DNA of 62,290 bases, counting the filler. It is 14 parts of 14 records of this genome, joined end to end, with 100 filler letters (N's around TTAATTAATTAA, not from the genome) between each part and the next. Parts side by side here need not be neighbours in the genome. Positions count along the whole stretch, not along the records: positions 23,621 to 29,284 come from SRR15195285_10760; positions 29,385 to 32,820 come from SRR15195285_10767; positions 32,921 to 36,493 come from SRR15195285_10768; positions 36,594 to 40,735 come from SRR15195285_10791; 10 more parts are not named here. One strand, 5' to 3'. Shown one piece after another: positions 23,997 through 36,657 of this stretch (the stretch's first letter is position 1; each line of letters opens with the position of its first letter). The position numbers and the translations under genes are program-made. Under the pieces are notes generated by a model. That model was not told the DNA's origin. It was given only the letters and a program-made list of their open reading frames with translations, and did no database searches.

Positions 23997-26425
23997 ATGC
24001 TTCTGCTCAAGCTAGTGCTGGGTGTGATGGTGCTAGCGGCGGGGCAGCATGGGATGATCGTGTTTGCTGCTGCCCATGGCGGCGGCGTCGGTAGCGGCGC
24101 AGTGCGCTTTGCGAATTCGCTGGGCTCGTCAATGGTCCTGCAGCAGGCCCCTGCTAGCGCCCAGGTCTATGGCGAAGGTCCTGCAGGCCAGAAGCTCGAG
24201 GTCACGCTGCAGCAGAGCGCCAGCGGCTCCATCACCACTGCCGAAGGTAAAGTTTCTGTCACGATCAGTCCTGACGGGCGCTGGGTCGCAAAGCTCCCAC
24301 CGGTCGCAGCTGCCTCCCCGTTCTCCGACTCGATCGAGGCTTACACCATCACAGCAAAGTCGGGGCAGTCCAGTGCCGTTCTCGACGACGTAGTCTTCGG
24401 CGATGTCATCGTGTGTGGGGGGCAGGTACGGATGCACCTGCCAACTTGTTGCTGTGGCCTGCTCAGTCAGCACAAAATGCGGAATCGGTGGCACTGGCAC
24501 CGGCGGCGGATCCTGCGCAGCAGCGCAGCCAGCCAGGAAGGCCACAGCCAGCATCATGGTCTCGCTCGACATCGGTGGGAAGCGTAGTGTTGTGCTGCGG
24601 CCCGCCCATGCAGCACAACACTACGTTGAACCGACAAGTTGCTGTGGCACAACTCGCCTGCTGGGACCTGACCGTCGTGCCTGGCTGCCTGCATGTGTTT
24701 GGCACTTCCACAGTCGAACATGCAGTTCAGCGTCGGCAATGCGTCCAATGCTACCGCCGAGATCGCCGCAGCAGACGCTTTCGGCGAGCACATCCGGTTG
24801 ATGACCGTTGGGCGCGTCGTGAAGGAGGACACAGAACCGACGGGACAACAGAAGATGAGCCCGCAAGCAGAGCTCACGTTTGTCGAGCAGCAGTGGTCGC
24901 GGGCGTCGCGGGAGAGCGTTGGTGGACCCTGGGGTTCCAACTTCAGTGCCGTGTGTACGTGCTCCTCCACTCAAGCCGACCATCTCCCCTTCCTCGTCCT
25001 CTGCAGAAGAAGTGTCGAGTGACTGTGCGAATGCTGGGTGGTGCAGGTTGGTTCTTCGGGCGCGACGTCCAGCAGCGCCGTGGCTACCCGATTGGGCTCG
25101 TCAGTTCAAACTGGGGCGGCACCAACATCGAGACCTGGATTTCACCCACAGGCCTCGTGGGTTGCAAGGGCCAGAAGGGCTCCAAACACGCGTACAAGCC
25201 CACGCCACCGAACCGCCCGCAGTGCAAGCACCTCGGAGAGCCATGCACAGTGCACCCACTGGCCCACAACAACAACAGCAATGAGTGCTGCGGTGGGCGC
25301 TGCTTTTATTACAACAAGCCACCGCTCTGGCCCAGTGGGGGTTACTGCGATGAGAAGAGTGCAAGCAACTCGAACAGCCAGCTCTTTGACAACATGATCT
25401 ACCCGCTGCTTCAGATGACCATCAAGGGCGCCATCTGGTGTGAGGGGACAACAACAGTAGTGACATCATTGCTGCTGCTGCTCATGCTCACAGCATGCTC
25501 ATCACTGCTGTGTCGGTTGCTTGCCTGGATGAGTCTTCTTGGCACTGGCTGTATGCGTGTGCCTGCAGACCAAGGCGAGAGCGACACTGGCAACGAGAGC
25601 CCAACTGACAACAACCTCGCATCCAAGAATTACGCCTGCATGATGCCAGCCCTAATTGCGGACTGGCGTGCGCACTGGTTTGCTGCGAGTGGGACTGCTG
25701 CGGACTTTCCGTTTGGAATCGTGCAGATTTCAGCATATGGGGGTGCGACCAGCGGCACTGTCGCGACCGGGACCAATCTACAGGTCCCGGCGCTGCGCTG
25801 GGGGCAATCAGCGAACTACGGCTACGCACCAAATCCAGAGCTGCCGCGCACGTTCATGGCCGTCGCGCTCGACATGGGTGCATACCAGGGCGGCTGCTGC
25901 GCAGGGCGCAGCAACTGCAACACCTACCCTAGCTTGTGCATCCACCCATGGTGGAAGCAGGAGGTTGGACGACGCCTCGCACTTGGGATGATGAACATCG
26001 GCTACAACGACTCCTCAGCGTGCCACCAGGGACCCTTTCCCACCTCGGCATATGCTGTGACCACCTCGGCCGCGGCGGCAGGGCCAGCAGGTATCAAGGT
26101 GATTTTCAAGCAGCAGGACGACGGCGGCTGCGGGACGAGTGGCATTCTACTACGGCGGCAGGCTGACTTCGAGTTGAAGCCGACCGGTGGCGGCAACTGG
26201 ACGTTGGCGACAATCGTAGCCTCGGACAGCACGTCCGTAACTCTGAAAAGCAGCACTAGCAGTAGCACGACGTTCGAGGCTGTGCGCTACCTCTGGAGTA
26301 AATCCCCAGGGAGCCACCCTCGTGATGACTCAGTGCCCGGCAACGTCAGCGTCTATGCTGCAGGCCCACGTGGTGAGGAGCTACCGGCTCCGCCATTCTT
26401 TTTGGCTGTGACGCAAATGCAATGA
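23997..26425 (+). CDS. Secreted sialate O-acetylesterase-family (SASA/DUF303) SGNH esterase (introns 24426-24713, 24955-25046, 25440-25568)
   Basis: Signal peptide; MVLQQ; DVVFGDVIVCGGQ|SNM; FSAVC|WFFG; WGGTNIETW; W|YQGE; IHPWWKQEVGRRL. Confidence 0.9.
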
Positions 26426-27140
26426 ATGGATCATGGACCGCCCTAGACAGATCTAGTGTGCCTGTGTGGGGTGGACCAGTATCTATCCTAACAGCAGTCG
26501 GACCAGAACTCGTACGCTGTCGCCGCAGTGTACTCTTCCACGAGTGACACCGGGCATGAGACCCTACGATAGCTCCACCACCTTGCCATCGAAAAAACTG
26601 GCTAATCTACCCGCTAATATGCACACCGGCGGCCCCCGGGCGAACTCCCGAGGGACTTCACCAGCCTGCCACCGGCCTGCCACCGCCGGGAATTCAGCGG
26701 GCGGCCCTTAGCGCCCAAAACAGGCCTTTTTGCCCTCCATGATCGTAGTCGCTATGCCATCATGGTGCTCATTGGAAATTGGTGCTCATTCGAATTTTCG
26801 ATTCCTGGTACATATCCGATATCGATACATGCACTGGGTACTGTATTGGCGGTGTATACTCGCTGTACGTCGTAGCTTCAGTGTTCAGTCCTTCAGATTC
26901 AGCGCTTCAGCGTTCAGGTACCAGGAATTCCTAGTAGGAATCCTACGCAATCTGGCCACTTGTGTGTACAGTACACGCAATTTGTAGCCATGCATGCGTT
27001 AACATGTGTATGCATGACAGGCACGCGCACCGCGGCGGCCCCGCCGGCGCGCCCGCCGAGGCGACGACCGGCGCGCGGTGACAGCGCGCGCGCGCGCGCG
27101 GCGCGCCCATTATTATTCGCCGTTCGTTCGAGCGCCGACG

Positions 27141-29284
27141 ATGCTCCTCCCGTGCTCGATGCTCCTACAGATCCTAATGACTCAAGCTGCGGCCACCGTC
27201 GCCACAGCCAGCAACAAGGTGGTCGTCGGTAACGCGCGCTTCACCGTCCTGACAGATTCGCTAATTCGTATGGAGGCAGGCACATTCAACAATGTGCCCT
27301 CGCTCATCTTCCAGACCCGCGAGCAGGCACCGGAGGTTGAGTTCACTGCAGAGCGTAGCGCCGACGGCGGCGTAGCCATCTCCACGAAGCACGTGAGGCT
27401 TGAATTCAATCCTGGCGCGAATTTTTCTGGCAGCTTCTCCTCCTCGAACCTCGCTGTCGAGTTTGATATAAATGCCACACACCGCGGCTCTTGGTCGCCT
27501 GGGATGCAAGACACGGACAACCTGAGGGGAACTCTGAGCTCGATGGATTGCTACGACGACCCAGCTGCCTGTGCGTCGCAAGCGCGCAGCAGAATCGGCT
27601 CGGGTTTAATCTCCAGGGCTGGCTGGGTACTGATCGACGACACCCAAACCCCCTTGTGGGCACCAGAGAGCACAAACTCGGCGACCTCGCACTGGCCTTG
27701 GTGGGAGTCCGCGCCGAAGACAAACGCCTCGCGTAGCGATCAGTACCTGTTCGCGCACGGACACCGCTACACTGACGCCCTCAAGGACTTTGCTCTGGTC
27801 GCAGGACGAATGGATATGCCGCCACTGTCCGCGTTTGGGGTATGGTGGTCGCGGTACTGGGTGTACAGCGTGGGCGTTCCGTCGATCGCTCAAGATATCG
27901 TGACAGACGTGCTGGATGGGTACCGAGACCACGCGCTTCCTCTCAACCATCTGGTGATGGACATGGACTGGCATACCAGATCGTCACAGTATAGCTGGAA
28001 TACGTGAGCACCCTAATTGGTATCCGTAGCCCGTGCTTGCGTGCCAAGTGACATTTCTTCCGCGTCGACGGTCGCAGTACGATTATCCCAGATCCAGAGG
28101 GCTGGATGGCTGACCTGCACTCCGATAGTAATCCCCTCGGGCATCCACTAAAATATCTGGTGGTGCGCTTGCCAGAAGCCTCTTCTTGTTGTAGATGTTT
28201 CTCAAAGCTGATTTCTCCCTGGATGCATGGGCCTGTTCATTTTGAAATTCAGAATTTGCACCCCAATGGCGTGGGTAGTTCGGAGACTCACTACAAAGAA
28301 TTTACCAGCGCCATGGGATCTCACGGCAAAGGTTCTGGCAATAGTTACAAATGTGATCTGAGCGATCCCACGTTTGCATCGGCCTATTTCGACTGGATGA
28401 TGGGCTCGGCAGGAGCTTCTGCGGCTCCGAATGACGGCATTGACTACTGGTGGACAGACTGGGGTGGTTGTGGCACACCTGGAGGCGGCATCAGCACTCT
28501 GTGGTGGGGAAATTATCTCTATCATCAGGATGCTGCACGCACGGCAGACGGCAAGCGTGGTCTAGTGCTCTCTCGACATGGCGGACTGGGGACTCATCGG
28601 TACGGTGTTGGCTTTTCGGGCGACTCTCCACAGCACTGGGATACACTACAGGTGCAAGTTGAGATGACACCACAGGCGAGCAACGTAAGACATCTAAGTA
28701 CCCACCATGTGCATTGTCAGCGACGATGCATTGTCGACTTAACTGCTGATTGTGCCACAAGTGAACAACATTATCATATTGTGATAGGTTTTATTCGGCT
28801 ATTGGAGCCATGATATCGGCGGATTTCACAATGGGACATGGATGAAGGGCTTTGGTCCGTTCAAGAACAGGACAACTGGATGGATGGACGAGCCAGGTGA
28901 CGAGGACCCACTCGTACGTCAGTTCATGTGTGTTCGTGATACATGCCCCGAGCGGCTCTGACTTTACTCTGGTATCATCGCAATGTACCAGGACCCCAAA
29001 GCAAACGAACTCTACTTGCGTTGGTTGCAGTTCGCAACTTTTTCGCCAATATTTCGGACCCATTGTCAGTTGGAACCGATCCCGCTGGGCAACATTTGCG
29101 ACCCACACATTAACCCACACTGCCAGGGATGCGAGCGCCGGATCTGGAAATTCGTGAGTATGCCAAGCGCCGAAGCTGTTGCAGCTCTGCACCTGGTGTC
29201 GATAGTCGTCGTTGATCTAAAGCAACCACTGACTCGACATTCCCACGACGTGTCATCGCTGCTGCTGCTGCTGCTGCTGCTGCT
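27141..29284 (+). CDS. Secreted glycoside hydrolase family 31 (multi-exon, 3' partial)
   Basis: GNARFTVLTDSLIRME, GVWWSRYW, LVMDMDWH, DYWWTDW (nucleophile), HRYGVGFSGD, YWSHDIGGF, ELYLRWLQFATFSPIFRTH. Confidence 0.9.
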
Positions 29285-29532
29285 NNNNNNNNNNNNNNNN
29301 NNNNNNNNNNNNNNNNNNNNNNNNNNNNTTAATTAATTAANNNNNNNNNNNNNNNNNNNNNNNNNNNNNNNNNNNNNNNNNNNNGCAGGGAGGGACGGGA
29401 CGGCTGGTGGCGTGGTAGGCGGGGGGACGTGATGGAGTAGCTGCGCGTCGGTGCGGTTGACTGCGGCTGCTGTGCTCGGTGGCGCCAAGTGCTTGCCGCC
29501 GCGGCGGGTCGCTCGAGCGCGGCCGGCGCGGG

Positions 29533-30360
29533 ATGCCGAGCATGTGGCAGGCGCGCGTCGCGCTGTGCGAGCCGGCCGCGGGCACGACGAGCGCTCAGCA
29601 AGCTGAGCTCAACCGGATGCACGAGCGGTTTCCTGAGCCGGTCCGTCCGCTGCGTTATGTTTCCTCGCGTGTCTGCATTGCGCGTCGCCATCGGCTGACC
29701 GCCTCGCTTGCATCGTGCCGGCCGGTGAGCACAGCCGGACGGAGGTCTGGGCGCGAAAGCCGCCGTAATCCTGAATGGCGGGGACAAGGATGTGCGTCGC
29801 GCTGGCTGCGTCCGCATCCTATTCGTATGCGCAGTGTGGTGGGCGCTTCGCGTGACCCGCGACAGCGGCGCCGGAGCCGCCACTTGCATAGCTGTCTCAC
29901 CGCCCTGCCTGCGGTTCGTCGTGCTGCAGAACATGTTTGGCGGCCGAAACCCACTCGTTCCGCTCGGCTGCTTGGCGACCGCCGGCGTGCTATGTCGCGG
30001 CGTAATTGCCATGTACCAGGGCGACAAGATACTCTCGCAGAAGATGATGCGTGGCCGTGCGTGCACTAACCGCCCACTGTTGCTGCGCGCTGCCCGTCGG
30101 CTTGTTGGGCTTGCAGCCGCATGCCCGCAACGCGCATGGCCGCGGCAGTGCCCACACCCACGCCTGACCCTGTCTGACCCACCGCGATGGTCGGTTGCGC
30201 TGCACGCACAGGTATCCTGGCGCAAGGAGTGACCGTCATCACAATTGCGGCCGGTGCAATGCTCGCACGCAGCGAATCGCAGCGAAAACGGCGGCTTGAG
30301 GAAGATGCGATCCGCCAGGTTCACGACCAGCAAATGGCTGCGGCACAGGCACCGAGGTAG
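29533..30360 (+). CDS. HIG1-domain protein (RCF1/HIGD2-like respiratory supercomplex factor), 4 exons, start uncertain
   Basis: Spliced product reads NPLVPLGCLATAGVLCRGVIAMYQGDKILSQKMMRGRILAQGVTV, the HIG1 signature. Confidence 0.82.
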
Positions 30361-30547
30361 ATAGAGTGCATTCTGTGTCACACTAGATGCTGGCTTGCAC
30401 ACACTCCCGAGGAAGCAGAAAAACGAGCTTGTTTGGTTCACCGTAGCTAATCTCACTCCAAGCCGCATGTGATCTGCTAGACCGTATACAATGGGCACCG
30501 GCGGTCGCCGATACCTCAGCACGCTTCTCGCCAATGTTTTTCCCATC

Positions 30548-31712
30548 CTAGCCTGTCCAGCCCATGAGAGCGTCCACCTCTGCAGCGAACGCGTGCGCGC
30601 GCGGCGGGGCCATCGGCAACAGACCTTTGAAGTCTTTAGTGGCCAGGGCGCGCAACAGCTCCTATGTCCCCCCACGCAAACCGTGCACGTCAGTGCAACT
30701 GATCAACTCAAAGAGCCTGCCTGCCTGCCTGCCTTCGAAGACGCACCGAGCACCCTGTGCAGTGGACATGGCCATCTGCAGCGAGCTGCCCCTGCGATGA
30801 AGACACGCATACACCCGCGCGCGCACAGTGGTCATTCTGTTCTGTCGCACGCTGACGACTTTTCAAGCTGGCGATGGCAACTGCTCGATTGGTAGCTTTC
30901 TTATGTACCGCCTGCGTCGCAGCGCGCGCGCAGGTGCTCACCGCCAACTCCATCTGGTGGTTACCCATTAGTGCATCGTTAACGACGACCAACAGCGGCT
31001 TCCCTAAATATCGACCAGCACAAGCAGTGAGCGAAGAACTAGCTGAGTGCACGCGATATGTCTGCAACCGTGCACAGCGTTGGCATAGAAACACAGGACT
31101 GCATACCTTGCCCGAGTCCTTCAAGAATGGAGCCTGCGCCCTGCAGACGCCAGCGTACAAAGAGCTCACGACAATGCGTTAAGACGAAAACTAGGCTACC
31201 GCGGTGCAAATGCAGCTGCAGGGCAGGCGGCCAGCGAACAAGTCGCAAGTCCAGGTACTGTGGGCAAGGTCGGCGCATTTGCACAGCAGCGATCGTACCG
31301 CGTGCGAGATGACGAGTGTAGCCTCACTCATCGCCGCATGGATCCCCGGGGCGTCCGTAAAGCGGTACGCTGTGCAGGCTACGCCATAGCGCCTGGCATG
31401 AGCTAACCTCGGCTCATGCTCGCCGCGCCCTGCCACCACGGCCAGCCGGCAAGTCTTAGCGGGTGTACCGCGGGCACGCAGTGCGAGCAGCGTGTGAGGC
31501 CGCTGCATGAGTTTAAGCACGCGGACGAAGCACTCCGTCCACCAACAGACTGCTGCCAGCGCACCGTATTGAACGACAAGTGTACTGTACCCTTTCTTGA
31601 CTAGCATCTGGGCGAATGGATCGGAGTCCACCACCGCGATCAGCGCGTCGAAGCTGGTCGTGCCCACCGTCACGAAAACGCACCCGTCTTCGTCGTGCTT
31701 GGTCCGTGCCAT
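30548..31712 (-). CDS. ALG13: UDP-GlcNAc transferase subunit ALG13 (multi-exon)
   Basis: VFVTVGTTSFDAL, LVVQYG|RG, LVISHA|GAGSILE and KPLLVVVNDALMGNHQMELA, read across GT-AG introns. Confidence 0.9.
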
Positions 31713-31830
31713 ACCCTCTGCGGCGTCAAACTTCAGTGCATGAGACAGTACGGGCGAAACGCAGCAAGAAAACCACCCTGTCATTGCGGTGGGACTGACT
31801 GAAGGTTCGCCGGATTGCAGCAGCGACGGA

Positions 31831-31946
31831 TATGGCGCCATACACATATGGCGCCACATACACGTATGGCGCCACATTGCTGCTGCAATCAGGCTAACTC
31901 CCTGTCAGTCCGCAACGCCGACAGGGTGCGAAGTGGCGCCATACAC
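31831..31946. repeat. Three tandem plus one dispersed TGGCGCCA-core repeats upstream of ALG13
   Basis: TATGGCGCCA at 31831, 31847 and 31865; TGGCGCCATACAC at 31934. Confidence 0.7.
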
Positions 31947-32920
31947 AGCGAGAGAGCTGAAAAGCCCCGGGACTCACGGACGAGCGCTGACCTCGCGCCC
32001 TCATTCCCTGACGGCGACGGGGCCTTCCGCATCCACGCTGGCGGTGTCACGCCAAGCTGCCCGTGCAAGTCCCCCGCCATCGACGTGCCCCTAAACACTA
32101 CTGACGGAATTTGTGTGCGGCGTTCCTCACATACGCATGTACTACATAGGAATTCCTACTCACTGCATGTCTGGCTGTGTGCCTGCATGAATGGTGCGTA
32201 TGCGTCGAGCGATCAGACCGTGTTGCATCAGTGCCCAGGTTAGTAGCCTCTCTACAGTTTCACTTTTCACTTTTCACTTTTCAGATTGGTTTCAAGGAGG
32301 CGCACACAAGCGAGCCCGGGACTGGTGGTCTATCCACCATGGAATTGTATAACGTACTGTGTCAGGGGACGTGGAGAGGGCGCCACGCTCGAAGCGAGAC
32401 GGGTCGCAAGGAGGCACGACGAAAGACGACGAAGGAAGCGACAACGATCAAGTGCATCTCTGTATGCACTTTTGAAGAGGATGGGGAGCGCGCGGAGAAG
32501 AGTATCTGAGTATGCCCAGTGACGAATGATGTGAGTAATCAGTCGCAAAACTAAAGGGTGGTGAGAGTGGGCCGCGACCCGGTCGCCGGAAGATGTTGTT
32601 CAACAACGCTAATATCCGATAGCAATGAGTGTGTAACAGCGGGTGCACGAACATGGTCTAGATAACCTCGGAGGTTGCCACGGGATTGATTCCTCTATCG
32701 AGGGCCGCCACTAAATGCTCTATTGGAGCAGGAAGATGCTGCTAAAGAAGTTGCACACTTGACACGAGTTCGAGTCCGGGCCGCGCCCAGTGTCTTGACT
32801 AAATCTCACAGGAGAGTTGTNNNNNNNNNNNNNNNNNNNNNNNNNNNNNNNNNNNNNNNNNNNNTTAATTAATTAANNNNNNNNNNNNNNNNNNNNNNNN
32901 NNNNNNNNNNNNNNNNNNNN

Positions 32921-35900
32921 AAACTGGCTCCATGACTTGTTCTGCTAACCGCAACACTGAGATTGACTCTGCGACATACGGCCCTCCAGTGAATCCAGAT
33001 TGTATCCATGCCTCGATGCCGAGCTGCATCTCACCTTTCGGCGATCCGATGGCATAGATATTGTTAGCTACTGCAAGCAAGCAGTGTCGCTCCGGTATGG
33101 ATTCGTGGTCAAGATTGCGCTGAGATCGCCGCACGACTTCCTGGAACCCAACTGGAGCTGACACTTGCATAGAACCAACTTCCACATCGATGTCCACGAG
33201 TGGGCGATCTTCATCGAGATCAGCAGACTCCAGCGGTTCTAATCTGAACGAAGCGTCCAACTCAGGTCCAGGGCTCGTGCACGCGTCAGTGTCTGCCTGT
33301 ATAGACTCTGCTCTAGATTGAGCAACAATTGCTGCAGCGTGCCGAGCTGCTTCATCTTTTGATTCATTTATGAGTTGCTCAAATCCGTCCAAGAAGTCGA
33401 AGGTTGGCTGCAGAAACTCGTTCTGTAGATGTAAGACCGCCGTCCCAGCTCGGAGATTGTACTTTATACGAGGACAACTGCACCCGTCCACCGGTTGCTG
33501 AGCCATCCATGGACATGATTCCGGAAGAAGGACTTGCTGAACCTCAAAGTGGACGCCTTGTTCGTGTTGAGCATCAGGAGCCATAGCAACCACTCGGCTC
33601 AATTGCTCAGGTGCTAACCATGTACCTACGGGGCAATCCATTCCTGCGATGCTCCATACGCCCAAAGATTGCACCGACACTCTCTTCGATACAAGTGTAG
33701 GATTGCTGTCGTCGGGCCTTGATTTAGTGTATACCAGCTCCGAAAGGTGCAATTGAGCAATGTCTGCCAAAGTGAGTCGCACATCTGTGAGTGTAACTGC
33801 AGTGTGCATGAACAGCTTTGGCCTTGGGCAGCTCGCCAGCACAATATCTCCTGGGGTGGTGTAACCCCAGGCATGGCCATGTACGTGGCTTCCAGGCCCG
33901 GTGCACGCATCGACTTTGAGGTTAGCATATTCAACACGGGCAGCAGAGCTCGGTAGCATCGGCAGGAACATATCATGAAACTGAAGCAGTGCATACAAAA
34001 AATCGTCGGTGACTCTCATAGTGATCGCTTCCAGCGTCACATCTGTTGATGGCTTGGCTGATTTTTTCGTAACGATCACCAGTGCTGTCATATCCTCCTC
34101 GCCACCACCTATCGTCGCTACAGGAGAGTCAGGGACCAGTGCGGACAAGATTTCGATACTCTGTATCGTGATCACATCCGTCTTAAAGTCTCGTGATATT
34201 GCCATCTGCCGCAACTCTGCCCGGAGTAGTGGCATATGTCCAGTACTACACCGATCAAGACGCATCCGCATACCTTCAATGTCGATCGCAAGGTCCCACT
34301 TGGAAGGTACAACGAAGTCAGGATCCAGCCTCGAGATTAGGAATGGGTTGCTCAACAAGAATTGTTTTGTCATCAAAAGTAGCGCAGCATTCTGTGGGCT
34401 GAGGGTGACGTTCATCACAGGCAAGAAACCCAGCAGAATGCGTCGATGAGGCTTGTCCTCGCGCATCCGAACAGCCAGATCACAGTCAACTGGGGCGACA
34501 ATTTGTTGCACAGCGGCTGGCTTCAACACGCTATACGGACCAGAATCTAGGTCCAAATCGGCTGCAAAGATTGTAGCGGCTACAGGAATCATAGACAGCT
34601 CCTGTGTTGAAAGCTCTCCAGCCATGACAAACCGCTGTGCTGACACCATCAATGCGCGGGTAGTCACAGTCGGCGCGGCAGGAAAAATTAGGCGCACGTT
34701 GTCAATCACCATGTCCATCTCTGTAGGAATTATGCGGCTGTTTGGCGGTGGCCCGTACAAACTTGGCGGGCCGACCGCCGCCTCTAGATGACTAATGTAC
34801 CAAAGAAGTTGATCCATATAATCGTTAGTGACTGCAAGGTGCAAACACGACATACGAAGCTTGTTGCGTTTCGACTGCACCGATGGCAGCTGCGGCCAAG
34901 CATACGGAGGAGCTGTGCCGTAAGGATTTCGGAACACCTGTGAGGCGTCAATTCGCTTCGTCAGATCCACCTCAAAGCCGTCCTTGAACGCGTCATCTGA
35001 GCTACTGCTTTCACGACCGGAGATCAGGACCATACAGTGACCATCACTATCCACCGGCGCGCCTCGATTCCGTGTCCCTGCATGTCTGGTGAAATCCCAA
35101 AGCGACAATTCTTGGAATCTGATGACTTGCCGTTGGTACGTCAGATTTGGTGGATCCCATTCTTTGGTGTAGTGCAGCTGGTTGATATTGCATGTCATGC
35201 AACTGGTTTGTTCGTCGCGGAACTCACGAGACCCAGCCGAGTCCATGTGCACGGTGAGTGCGATCCTCGGAATGTGAACATTTATGCTGTTCAACCTGTT
35301 ATAGTCATAGAGAGACGGCATTGCTGACAAATCTTCCTCAATTTCGACTGCATGCCATGCTTCGAGCAACTTGTTGCACCATGTCCCGAATGCATCTCCG
35401 CAGGGTAAGCTTACTTCTACGAAAGGTTGTACCGTCATCGCCTGCTCATTGTGATAGACATCAGAATCAGAGCTGCGCCATGTTTTTTGAATGATCGATA
35501 AGACCGGCTGCCGCACGTGAATACTCATAAGAATGTCCGCCCAACTGCAATGCTTTACCTCCTGATTCCACGCCGATATGAAAGGATGGCGACAATCCTT
35601 GCGCCCATTCCAGCCCGGTCTGGGAGGGGCATCCTCGTCGTTAAGATTGTCATTCATAAAGATATGCACCTCGTCTATTCCAATCTTAAGTGTAGCTTCA
35701 TCAATACCGTCCGTCATTCGATTGATCAGAAAGTGACCGAGTCTCACGAAGAGCAAGTTGGGTGGTGTGCCACCCATGTTGTCAGGATAGCCGCGAATGG
35801 TAAGCTGTAGTTCGGCAACTACTAGCTTGAAAAACATCTTCAACGGCCACCGCTTCGGTCCTCGTTCACAATCCGGTTGCGCCCACGACCTCAGCGGCTG

Positions 35901-36493
35901 CGAAAGTTTCCACACCTGTAGGTCTCTTTCAGGGTGGTTCCAGAAAAAACCTGGCATCAGTTTCATCAGCCGAAGCGCTGATTGCTGGTAGATGTGATAT
36001 AGCGCCCGCAGTTGGACTGGGTACATTCTGATGGCTATCTTGCCGATGTCCCAATTGATCCGTTTGTTGGGCAAACTGTTGAGCACAGGTTTGCCATCCA
36101 CGTCTTGTTTTTCCAAGCGCAGTTGCTGAAACACCACCGACAACTTGTGCTGATGATCGATTATCTTGTCCTCATCGGCAGTCGCTTGCCTCCGGCGCTC
36201 TGTCGGATCCTTGCTGTACGAGATCCAGCAGGAAAGACTATCGGCTGTGATGTAGACTGTCTTGTACAATTGATACTCGAGCAACCGGCTCAAAGAAGGG
36301 GGGGACTCTGGCACATCCGAACATGGAGCGCTATCACCTGCATCACTCTCATCACCGACAGTGTTTTCCCGCTGCAAGTATCGCTTTCCCTCATCGGCGC
36401 TTACCTCATCGTCGCTAGGCCTGCCGGTAGGCATAGGTGGCACGCCCTCTGTTGGCGGCTTTGGCTCCGGCTCCGGCTCCAGCTCTGGCTGTG
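32921..36493 (-). CDS. Fragment of a very large beta-strand-rich protein, possibly VPS13/bridge-like lipid transfer family
   Basis: About 1190-codon ORF open at both ends, with recurring amphipathic beta-strand/helix units (e.g. VAELQLTIR..LLFVRLGHF..IDEVHIF). The family call is tentative. Confidence 0.5.
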
Positions 36494-36657
36494 NNNNNNN
36501 NNNNNNNNNNNNNNNNNNNNNNNNNNNNNNNNNNNNNTTAATTAATTAANNNNNNNNNNNNNNNNNNNNNNNNNNNNNNNNNNNNNNNNNNNNACACACA
36601 CCACCACCACCACCACCACCACTCACCACCACCACTACCATCGGTGGATCGGCCACT

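Noticed and set aside
32761-32790. GAGTTCGAGTCC resembling a tRNA T-loop/B-box or tmRNA 3' end
   Set aside because: The T-stem does not pair and I could not build an acceptor stem or cloverleaf.
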